Below are positions 7,545-14,687 of a DNA stretch of 32,000 nt, piece after piece. How positions within the stretch are numbered: the first letter of the stretch is position 1; each line of letters opens with the position of its first letter. The DNA is from Synechococcus sp. PCC 7336. Its GTDB lineage: Bacteria; Cyanobacteriota; Cyanobacteriia; Thermostichales; PCC-7336. A model generated the notes under the pieces. The model ran no database searches. It saw only the letters and a list, made by a program, of their open reading frames with translations, and had not been told where the DNA came from. The stretch covers positions 2,096,789-2,128,788 of the forward strand of contig NZ_CM001776.1 in NCBI RefSeq assembly GCF_000332275.1, written 5' to 3'. Made by a program: the position numbers and the translations under genes.

Positions 7545-8804
7545 ATGCTACTCACGTATCAGTACAAACTCAAGCCGACCGAAGCTCAGGCCGCCGTCAT
7601 GGAGGTCTGGGGCGAGCGGCTGCGCCGTCACTGGAACTATGCCCTAGGTGAACGACTCGATGCGTTCTACCGCAGTCGCTGCCAGATTGACCGATGCAGC
7701 ATCGTGGCTGAACCGATCGGTGACATTCCAAAGGAGGTGAACTACTACACTCAAGCATCAGCACTGAAGGAGACCAAACGACTGTTCCCGGACTACAAAG
7801 GCATCTATGCCGACTGTCAGCAGCAGAACCTGATGCGGCTTGACAGGGCATGGAAACGCTGGAGGAAGCCCGATCAGAACGGCAAGCGGGGTGGGCGACC
7901 TCGGTTCAAAAAGCGGAGTGATATCTGCTCGTTCACGTTTCCGAGAGTGAACAACCCCAAAGCGGGCGCACACCTGACGGGGAATGTGTTGCAGCTCTCG
8001 AAGATTGGCGAGATTGAGCTGATTCTGCATCGTCCAATCCCTGAAGGCTTCGTTCTCAAGCAGGCGACGTTGGTGAGGAAGGCCGATGGCTGGTATGTCA
8101 GCTTCTCGATGGCGGATGAAACCGTTCCTGAAGCGCTGCCAGTGGAGCGGGTCAAAACGGCCTGCGGTATCGATGTGGGACTGGAGAAGTTCCTGGTCAC
8201 ATCCGAGGGGGAAGCGGTCAGCATGCCGCAGTTCTTTCGCCAGTCTCAGCAGCGTTTGGCCCGTCAGCAAAAGAAGCTGGCTCGGATGCAGAAAGGGTCT
8301 GAGAACTATAAAAGACAGACGAACGAGGTCGCTCGACTTCATCTGCATGTATCGCGCCAGCGGCGTGAGTTTCACTATCAGGTCGCTCACTGGCTTTGCG
8401 ACCTCTACGACCTCATCAGCTTTGAGGGGCTCAACATCCGAGGGCTGGCGAGAACCCGATTGGCGAAGTCGATCCTGGATGCCGCGTGGGGTAGCTTTCT
8501 TCAGATTCTGCAAGCAGTGGCGGTAAAACGCGGCAAGCGGACGGTTGAAGTTAACCCACGCGGAACAAGCATCGAGTGCTGCGGTTGTGGCGAGAGGGTG
8601 AAAAAGACTCTCAGTGAACGGGTTCATCGTTGCGGTTGTGGCGTTGTCATTGACCGGGACTGGAACGCGGGAATCAACATCAAAGTTCGTGGACTCAGGG
8701 CGGTTGGACTACCGCTCTGGAGGCTGTGGAGGCTTATCCGCTGGGATGCCTGTGAAACAGCAACTCTCACTCGTGAGTCTGAGAAGCTCCCGCTAGACCC
8801 GTAG
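7545..8804 (+). CDS. tnpB: TnpB (IS605 OrfB-family RNA-guided endonuclease)
   Basis: 419 aa. N-terminus MLLTYQYKLKPTEAQ is typical. RuvC-I is GIDVGLEKF, RuvC-II is ISFEGLNIRGL, the Zn-finger is CCGCGERV...HRCGCG, and RuvC-III is VIDRDWNAGINI. All three catalytic acidic positions appear intact. Confidence 0.9.
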   Translation: MLLTYQYKLKPTEAQAAVMEVWGERLRRHWNYALGERLDAFYRSRCQIDRCSIVAEPIGDIPKEVNYYTQASALKETKRLFPDYKGIYADCQQQNLMRLDRAWKRWRKPDQNGKRGGRPRFKKRSDICSFTFPRVNNPKAGAHLTGNVLQLSKIGEIELILHRPIPEGFVLKQATLVRKADGWYVSFSMADETVPEALPVERVKTACGIDVGLEKFLVTSEGEAVSMPQFFRQSQQRLARQQKKLARMQKGSENYKRQTNEVARLHLHVSRQRREFHYQVAHWLCDLYDLISFEGLNIRGLARTRLAKSILDAAWGSFLQILQAVAVKRGKRTVEVNPRGTSIECCGCGERVKKTLSERVHRCGCGVVIDRDWNAGINIKVRGLRAVGLPLWRLWRLIRWDACETATLTRESEKLPLDP

Positions 8805-8846
8805 GGTTAGCGGTGAGAGTAGTCACGAATAAAAGCATTCATTCTG
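8680..8846 (+). ncRNA. Predicted omega-RNA (reRNA) of TnpB: a scaffold overlapping the tnpB 3' end and RE hairpin, plus ~20-nt flanking guide; ends approximate
   Basis: Established for TnpB systems: the guide RNA is transcribed from the tnpB 3' end/RE and reads into flanking DNA. Here the RE hairpin sits at 8790-8813, and the same stretch is open in two frames, which fits RNA-level constraint. No direct evidence of transcription. Confidence 0.35.
8790..8813 (+). repeat. Right-end (RE) subterminal imperfect hairpin of the IS
   Basis: CCGCTA(G)ACCC-GTA-GGGTTAGCGG forms 10 bp with one bulged G. It overlaps the last codons and stop of tnpB and is followed by TGAGAGTAGTCAC. Confidence 0.6.
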
Positions 8847-8897
8847 CCTCAATTCTTGTGTGTCAATATGGGGTAAGGATTTGTCCTTAGGTGAAGC

Positions 8898-9326
8898 ATG
8901 TTAGCGACTTACGATACCGACCTTGCAGCATGGGCCAATCACACTGCTCATCTCCTTCGCGAGAAACGATGGGACGAAGTTGACTGGGAGCACCTGATTG
9001 AAGAGGTGGAGGATTTGGGCAAAAGTGAACGTAGTGCGATTGGTTCCCAGATGGAACGTGTCATGCTTCATTTACTGAAGTGGGAATATCAACCCCAACG
9101 TCGCTCCGATAGCTGGCTAGATTCCATTAGCGATGGTCGTTCGCAAATTCGCCGCAAAATTGAGGATAGTCCCAGCCTAAAAAACTATCCAGACCAAATT
9201 CTTGACAAGGAATATAAAAGAGCATGTCGAGAGGTAGCAAGACAAACTGGGCTGGATATTGCCACATTTCCACCCAATTGCCCTTACTCTAGCGATCGCC
9301 TTCTTGGCGATTGGCTACTTGAATGA
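8898..9326 (+). CDS. DUF29 domain-containing protein
   Basis: YDTDLAAWANHTAHLLREKRWDEVDWEHLIEEVEDLGKSERSAIGSQMERVMLHLLKWEYQP matches the DUF29 signature (YExDxxxW...LLRxxxxxxLDxxNLIEEIExLGxSE...HLLKW). Confidence 0.9.
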   Translation: MLATYDTDLAAWANHTAHLLREKRWDEVDWEHLIEEVEDLGKSERSAIGSQMERVMLHLLKWEYQPQRRSDSWLDSISDGRSQIRRKIEDSPSLKNYPDQILDKEYKRACREVARQTGLDIATFPPNCPYSSDRLLGDWLLE

Positions 9327-9366
9327 GATCGAAATTGAAGTCCATCCCTGAGGTTTGCACCAGGGG

Positions 9367-9939
9367 TCAAGCAGCAGCGAGTTGGCTGACTGGGACCTCG
9401 TCAGCAACCGCTACGCGAGCTGAGAGGCGATCGCGGCAGTCGTTTTCAAGGCGAGTGACCGAGACTGCTTTGCCGGGATAGAGTTCTGCGGCAGCGGCTT
9501 CTAGGTCGGGTTTGAGTGCGGCAAAGGCTGCATCGGTGTTGGGGGCGTGGAGGCGATCGTTGGCCATGTAGACAAACTCATTCCCCTCGAGACTGAAAGC
9601 ACCTTCCAGGCGACGATCCGATTCGAGTAGCATGCCAAACTTAGCAGTGGCTTTGACTAAGTCCACAATGCGGTCTTTGTGGGTTTCGCCGCCCCCCAGC
9701 TTGCGTTGGGCGTAGAGACCGAAATGACCGTCCTCGCGATCTAGGGCGTAGTTCGTTTCGTGGGCAATCAGCATAATACCGGGGCCGTTGGGGACGTGGC
9801 GATAGTCTGCGACATCTAGGGGGAGGCCATCTAGCTTGTCGCGCCGAATCCACTCGTGAAAAATGTTGATGTAGTGGGCCTCCTCAATGTCAGCTCCCGA
9901 GTTGGCTGAGAATTTAATGCAAAAGCGATTCAGATCCAC
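9367..9939 (-). CDS. Conserved hypothetical protein (no family recognised)
   Basis: 190-aa ORF. GTG start (complement of 9937-9939) lies 7 nt after GGAG. It is on the same strand as the sulfite reductase gene and 96 nt downstream of it. Composition looks like a soluble globular protein. Confidence 0.65.
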   Translation of the reverse strand: MDLNRFCIKFSANSGADIEEAHYINIFHEWIRRDKLDGLPLDVADYRHVPNGPGIMLIAHETNYALDREDGHFGLYAQRKLGGGETHKDRIVDLVKATAKFGMLLESDRRLEGAFSLEGNEFVYMANDRLHAPNTDAAFAALKPDLEAAAAELYPGKAVSVTRLENDCRDRLSARVAVADEVPVSQLAAA

Positions 9940-9992
9940 TGTCTTACTCCAGTCCGGTCTCGATAGGGGTCAACGTTCAAACAATGCGAGCG

Positions 9993-10023
9993 GGGGCACT
10001 GAGGTTCTAAGGATCGGTGCCCC
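9993..10023 (-). terminator. Stem-loop just downstream of the reductase stop codon (possible terminator/attenuator)
   Basis: GGGGCAC-n17-GTGCCCC (7 bp). On the minus strand a TTGTTT tract follows 8 nt later. Not a canonical intrinsic terminator. Confidence 0.3.
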
Positions 10024-10035
10024 TAAAGGGAGGCG

Positions 10036-12372
10036 CTAACTGCTGCTGACTTGCAGTTGCTTTTCGTTCAGCCACCGCTGGAAGCTTGCAGGGGTGGTGA
10101 TGCCATCATCGACCATGCGGGCATTGCAGGAGTGGGCAGCTTCAATAAACAGGCGAGCTTCTTCGATCAGTTGTTTAGCTCCGTCAATCGTCACAGGCCG
10201 ATCGCGGTTCTCGTATGCCTGAAACAGGTAGCTGGCAAATTTGCCTTTGGCAAAGGGGTCGAAGAACAGTTGCGTGTCGTAGAAGTAGGTGCGGAACTCG
10301 CGCACAATCGTATCGGCGTCGTTGGCGATATCGATGTTTTGAATCTTTAGCAATGCCTGGGCTGCACTGAGCATGGACTCGAAGGCTTTATCGCGGGCTT
10401 GCTCGATGTTGCCGTTAGGGGGAGTTTCCTCCAACAACACGGTGGCGTCGAAGTGGATACTTTCTGCTGCGGCCACGCCGAAATCGGTCAGGGTGACCAG
10501 TTCGCCAGCACATTCGCCGATGCCGATATCGCCTAAGGTGTATTCGCGGTTGTCAGCCCAGTCGGTGTAGAAGGACTTGTCTTCGGCATAGCTGGGCACG
10601 GCGAGGAAAGGTTGTACGCGATCGCGAATCACTTTTTTGCCCACCCGAGCGACAAACTCGTTGAACTTCTCGCTGCCTTGGCGTTCCTGCAGGAACATAT
10701 CCACCAAAAATTCCACCACTTCGGGCACGCGCTTGGAAGGAACGACTGCTACGGACTGACCGTATTCAGCCGCATTCTTATCCCAAGTGCCCCCCAAAAT
10801 GAGCTGGAAGTGAGGCACGCGGTGGCGATCGACGAGGCGATTGGCACCATAGAAGCCAATCTCGGCGACGGTGTGCTGACTGCAGGAGTTGAAGCAGCCG
10901 CTGACCTTGATGCGGATATCTTTGACTGCCCGATCGTATTGCCAGCCCTTCACTGTCAGACGGCGCTTGAGTTCGCCTGCTAAACCGCGCGAGCTGGAGA
11001 TGCCTAACTTGCAAGTATCCGTGCCGGGGCAGGCAGTGATATCCACGATTGACTCGGCACCGGCAGTGGCTAGGTCGATCGCTTTAAGAGCGTTGTAAAG
11101 TGCCGGTAGATCCGCAGTGTGAATCCAGCGTATCAGCAGGTTTTGCTCGACGGTGGTGCGCAGGGTGTCATTGGTGAAGCGGCGCAGCACATCGGAGAGA
11201 CGACGCATTTGGGTGGCGGTGATATCCCCCAATGGCAGGGAGATCGTGACGGCCACATAACCCGCTTGACGCTGTTCGTAGATGTTGGTGGACTTCCATT
11301 TCTCAAATTCCTCTGCGTCTGCAGGGGTTGCGCTGGGGGCCACTGGTGCGGGCAAGCCCTGCTCTTCGTAGGCACTAATTCCCTCCAACCAATGGGTCCA
11401 CTCGGCCTCGTCCGGCAACTGGGCTCGCTCTTCCAGCACTAAGCGACGGAACTCGTCAATGCCCAATTTCCCCACTAAGAACTTAATTCGGGCTTTGTTG
11501 CGGTTGGCTTTTTCGCCCAAGCGGGCAAAAACGCGGCAGATGGCTTGAGAGAGGGGCAGCAGTTCTTCGGGCGTGACAAAGTCGTCAAATAGCTTGGCTA
11601 GATGAGGCACGGCACCGAGGCCGCCGCCCACATACATTTCAAATCCTTGCACGGCTTGCCCATCCACTTCTTTAGTCTTGGCAATTAGGCCGAGGTCGTG
11701 CATGGAGGTGAGGCCACAGGGGTGTTGGGCGCAGCCGGAGAAAGCCACCTTAAACTTGCGACCGAAGTCTTGCACGTCAGGGTGTCCCAAGAAGTATTGG
11801 GCCAGCTCGTTGGCATAGCCAGTGACATCGAAGGACTCGTCGCGGCAGATGCCCGCTAGCGGGCAAGCGGTGACGTTGCGAACGGAGTTGCCGCAGGCTT
11901 CGCGCGTAGTAATACCTACAGCAGCCAAACGACGATGCATGTCGGGGGCATCATCTAGCGACAGAAAGTGCAACTGGATATCTTGACGGGTGGTGATGTG
12001 GATGATGGTGTCGGAGTACTCTTCCGCAATATCGGCCATCACTTCCATCTGCTCGGCTGTTAAACCGCCGTAGGGCAGCTTGATGCGCTGCATACCCGGT
12101 GCTTCGTATAAAGTGCCGGGGCCTTTGGTGAGATCTTTATGGGGAAATTCCAGTTCTCGCGATCGCTCGCCATCGTTTCTAAAGCCATTGTCGTAACGCT
12201 GGCCGTAGGCCCCCCGACGCAGGCGCAGTTCGGCAAACACCTTCTCGTCTAGCTTGCCCTGCTTGCGCAGCTCCATCTGATTTTCAAACGTATCGATTTC
12301 TTCCGCCAGATTGTCGGAGATTTTGTCAGCCAAGACGCTTTTCCACGTCAAGGATGGGTTTTGAGCGACCAT
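10036..12372 (-). CDS. sir: Ferredoxin-dependent sulfite/nitrite reductase hemoprotein (siroheme-[4Fe-4S]), long form with a C-terminal helical extension
   Basis: There are two NIR_SIR halves. Cluster Cys motifs are TREACGNSVRNVTACP, SGCAQHPC, and TACPGTDTCKLG...VSGCFNSCSQH. I place the start at MVAQNPSL (complement of 12370-12372), 7 nt after GAGGAA. The longer track ORF (to 12552) reads through a non-coding tandem repeat. Confidence 0.9.
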   Translation of the reverse strand: MVAQNPSLTWKSVLADKISDNLAEEIDTFENQMELRKQGKLDEKVFAELRLRRGAYGQRYDNGFRNDGERSRELEFPHKDLTKGPGTLYEAPGMQRIKLPYGGLTAEQMEVMADIAEEYSDTIIHITTRQDIQLHFLSLDDAPDMHRRLAAVGITTREACGNSVRNVTACPLAGICRDESFDVTGYANELAQYFLGHPDVQDFGRKFKVAFSGCAQHPCGLTSMHDLGLIAKTKEVDGQAVQGFEMYVGGGLGAVPHLAKLFDDFVTPEELLPLSQAICRVFARLGEKANRNKARIKFLVGKLGIDEFRRLVLEERAQLPDEAEWTHWLEGISAYEEQGLPAPVAPSATPADAEEFEKWKSTNIYEQRQAGYVAVTISLPLGDITATQMRRLSDVLRRFTNDTLRTTVEQNLLIRWIHTADLPALYNALKAIDLATAGAESIVDITACPGTDTCKLGISSSRGLAGELKRRLTVKGWQYDRAVKDIRIKVSGCFNSCSQHTVAEIGFYGANRLVDRHRVPHFQLILGGTWDKNAAEYGQSVAVVPSKRVPEVVEFLVDMFLQERQGSEKFNEFVARVGKKVIRDRVQPFLAVPSYAEDKSFYTDWADNREYTLGDIGIGECAGELVTLTDFGVAAAESIHFDATVLLEETPPNGNIEQARDKAFESMLSAAQALLKIQNIDIANDADTIVREFRTYFYDTQLFFDPFAKGKFASYLFQAYENRDRPVTIDGAKQLIEEARLFIEAAHSCNARMVDDGITTPASFQRWLNEKQLQVSSS

Positions 12373-12431
12373 TTCATGTTCCTCTAGTGCGAGTCCGAGA
12401 GAGCTGTAAGGTGGCAGGGCCGGGGTGCGGG

Positions 12432-12499
12432 ATCCGATCCAATCTGAAATCCGATCCAATCTGAAATCCGATCCAATCTGAAATCCGATCCAATCTGAA
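12432..12499. repeat. Perfect tandem repeat, 4 x 17 nt (ATCCGATCCAATCTGAA; minus-strand TTCAGATTGGATCGGAT)
   Basis: Counted base by base: 12432-12448, 12449-12465, 12466-12482 and 12483-12499 are identical. The array lies 60-127 nt upstream of the reductase start codon. Confidence 0.95.
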
Positions 12500-12508
12500 A
12501 ACTGTAGC

Positions 12509-12524
12509 GGCACTATACAGTGCC
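12509..12524. promoter_or_regulatory. Perfect inverted repeat GGCACT-ATAC-AGTGCC next to the tandem repeat
   Basis: 6-bp arms and a 4-nt centre, 9 nt from the repeat array, between the candidate promoter and the repeats. Function unknown. Confidence 0.4.
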
Positions 12525-12554
12525 TATCCCCAGCAGGCAGAAAATACCTCAATT

Positions 12555-12582
12555 ATTTTAAATTCAGACGGGGATAAGACAA
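12555..12582 (-). promoter_or_regulatory. Candidate promoter for the reductase gene
   Basis: Minus strand: TTGTCT (complement of 12577-12582), 16-nt spacer, TAAAAT (complement of 12555-12560). This would place the palindrome and the 4 x 17-nt repeats in a ~175-nt 5' UTR. Confidence 0.3.
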
Positions 12583-12772
12583 GCCCACCCCTGTCAGGAT
12601 ATCCCGGTATTCCGATAGATTTACAGGGGATTGTAAGTTTTCCTAACATTTCCCAGCCAGAGAGTCGCCTATCTCAGGCAGTTGCATCCTATTTGGGGCG
12701 ACAGAGGCACTCATTCTGCAGTATGTATTGAGCTGTGTAGAGTAACCTGAATGGATTCTTAGGAGCTAGAGC

Positions 12773-13198
12773 ATGTCCCGCGCCATTATGAATACGGAGA
12801 AAGGCACCATTACACTGGAGCTCTTCGATAAAGACGCCCCTAAAACTGTAAAGAATTTTATCGATCTGTCGAAAAAGGGGTTTTACGACGGCCTCAACTT
12901 CCACCGCGTGATTCCCGATTTCATGATCCAGGGGGGGTGTCCTAACGGCACGGGGACAGGCGGTCCCGGTTATACGATCGACTGCGAGATCAACGCTAAC
13001 AAGCACCTAGCCGGTGCTCTCTCGATGGCCCATGCCGGTCGCAATACGGGGGGCAGCCAGTTTTTTATCTGTCATTCTCCCCAACCCCACCTCGATGGCG
13101 TTCACACCGTGTTTGGCAAAACGGAAGACATGAATGTGGTGAATGCGATTGGGCAAGGCGATCGGATTATCTCGGTTGAAATTCAAGCGGGCGAGTAA
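12773..13198 (+). CDS. Cyclophilin-type peptidyl-prolyl cis-trans isomerase
   Basis: 141 aa. [40 protein letters not shown] and [10 protein letters not shown] are cyclophilin hallmarks. AGGAG lies 7 nt before the ATG. Confidence 0.95.
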   Translation: MSRAIMNTEKGTITLELFDKDAPKTVKNFIDLSKKGFYDGLNFHRVIPDFMIQGGCPNGTGTGGPGYTIDCEINANKHLAGALSMAHAGRNTGGSQFFICHSPQPHLDGVHTVFGKTEDMNVVNAIGQGDRIISVEIQAGE

Positions 13199-13335
13199 GA
13201 TCTCAGATAAGTAGGGTGAGGGACGAGAAAGGTTAAGTTTGAGGAGTCAGAGATTGGGCTGTTGTAGTCTAAACTCCTCGGGTCTAAGGCTCGATTGACT
13301 CATCCCTGACTTTGAGTGGGCTCGCTCCGGGCGAT

Positions 13336-14685
13336 ATGTTGCAAGGGATTCTCTTTATCCTCTATATCCTCGTATTTAGCGGGGTGATCGCTACCGTGGG
13401 CGATCGCCTCGGGTATCGCATTGGCAAAAAGCGCCTCAGTTGGTTCAATCTGCGCCCCCGCCACACCGCGATCGTCATCACTATCCTGACCGGGATTTTT
13501 ATTTCGGCCTCTTCAATTGGGATTTTGTTTGCCATTAATCGTCCCATAGCCGAGAGCATCTTTACCTACGGCGAGCAGGTGCGGGAATATCGAGAGCAAA
13601 TCGCAGTTTTGGAAACCAATATCGATCACGATCGCACTCAGTTGGTCGAGCTCAATAGCCAAAAGCAGGAAGCCCTGGCCCAAGTCCAACAGCTTTCTCA
13701 ACAGCAAGATCGACTCGTGGAGGAGCGCGATCGCCTGCAAGTCCAACAGTTAGAAGTGGAGTCGCAATTGGCAGACTCCAACCGCCAGTTGGCCGAAGCT
13801 CAGCAGACTCTGGAAGCCGCTCAACAGCAGATGGATCGAGCGCTAGCAGAAACCCGTCAGGCCCAAGCCCGAGTGGAACAGCTACAGCAGTCACTACAGG
13901 ACTCCAGGGCAGAATTGGCTGGCTTGCAGGCACAACGGAGCCAGTTAGAGGCCAATATTGCGGCCTTGCAGGCGGAAGAATCGCGCTTGTTGGGGGGGAG
14001 GTTTGTGGTATCTGCTTGGGAGAGGCTGGCCATCGGAGTGGTTGAAGGGGGCTTGCCGCCGCCAGAGATCGAACAGCGGCTAGAATCTATCATTGCGGTG
14101 GCGGAAGAACGGGCTTACAGTTTGGGGGCCAGGGCGGATGACAATGGCGAGATCGTGATGATTTCTCGCGGAGAGGAAGAGGGGCTAGTCGAAAAGCTGC
14201 GTCCGGCAGGCAGTTGGGTGGTGCAGATTTTTGCCAACGCTAATAGTCTGGAGGGAGAGCCCGTGCCCGTCTTTGTCAGCGTGGTTCCCAATAGCCTCGT
14301 GTTCAGCGAAGGAACGGTGCTGGTGGAGGCCGATATCCCTCTGGGGCAAACTCAGTTGGAGTTGCAAAGTACCTTGTTCCGCCTAATTTTGCGAGCGGGG
14401 GCGCGGGGGCGAGAAGCTGGCATTTTGGGTAGCCCCGTCAGTGGAGAGGTAGGCCAATTCCCGCGCGATCGCCTGTTGCAATTGGCTCAATCTCTCGCAG
14501 ACATCGAGGAATCCGTGCGGGTGCAGGTGGTGGTAAATAAGGATACTGGCGTGGGAGGACCGTTGGAGGTGGACGTGGTTTCTCCCGATCGCGACCTCAG
14601 GGCCGAGCTCGCCCGCAATCGGCTTTTCTCCAACCGTCGCCTGCCGCCTGAGCCTATCTCTCTGTTTGGAGGCACGGGCGCATAG
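13336..14685 (+). CDS. DUF3084 domain-containing membrane/coiled-coil protein
   Basis: N-terminus ILFILYILVFSGVIATVGDRLGYRIGKKRLSWFNLRPRHTA plus a second TM, followed by a long Q/E/L-rich coiled coil. The track start at 13312 is a TTG, so I prefer the ATG at 13336. The start is uncertain. Confidence 0.75.
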   Translation: MLQGILFILYILVFSGVIATVGDRLGYRIGKKRLSWFNLRPRHTAIVITILTGIFISASSIGILFAINRPIAESIFTYGEQVREYREQIAVLETNIDHDRTQLVELNSQKQEALAQVQQLSQQQDRLVEERDRLQVQQLEVESQLADSNRQLAEAQQTLEAAQQQMDRALAETRQAQARVEQLQQSLQDSRAELAGLQAQRSQLEANIAALQAEESRLLGGRFVVSAWERLAIGVVEGGLPPPEIEQRLESIIAVAEERAYSLGARADDNGEIVMISRGEEEGLVEKLRPAGSWVVQIFANANSLEGEPVPVFVSVVPNSLVFSEGTVLVEADIPLGQTQLELQSTLFRLILRAGARGREAGILGSPVSGEVGQFPRDRLLQLAQSLADIEESVRVQVVVNKDTGVGGPLEVDVVSPDRDLRAELARNRLFSNRRLPPEPISLFGGTGA

Positions 14686-14687
14686 AG

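Larger units (their letters stand above)
7030..8826 (+). mobile_element. IS200/IS605-family insertion sequence (IS605-type organisation: divergent tnpA and tnpB); boundaries approximate
   Basis: Y1 transposase and TnpB genes lie back to back, flanked by related subterminal imperfect hairpins (7043-7068 and 8790-8813), each followed by TGAG(G/A)G. The ends are inferred, not proven: TGAC at 7026-7029 lies 13 nt before the left hairpin, and TCAC at 8823-8826 ends 13 nt after the right hairpin. Confidence 0.75.

Noticed and set aside
7758-8627. 289-aa antisense ORF within tnpB, plus other internal ORFs.
   Set aside because: It is antisense to a gene with clear TnpB motifs and has no independent support.
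9334-9366. Short CCCTG...CAGGG stem between the convergent DUF29 gene and the 190-aa gene, considered as a bidirectional terminator.
   Set aside because: It has only 5 bp of stem, a large loop and no T-tract.
12432-12499. Possible CRISPR array or CRISPR remnant.
   Set aside because: The repeats are only 17 nt and directly abutting, with no spacers. No cas genes are nearby.
12373-12552. N-terminal 60-codon extension of the reductase ORF (MRYFLPAGDR...FSDWIGFQIGSDFRLDRISDWIGS...).
   Set aside because: It is produced by reading through the 17-nt tandem repeat (a period not divisible by 3) and the promoter region. A good SD precedes the internal ATG at 12372, and the homologous protein sequence begins there.
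13243-13281. GAGGAGT-n25-ACTCCTC stem after the cyclophilin gene.
   Set aside because: It has a large loop and no U-run, so it is not distinguishable from chance.
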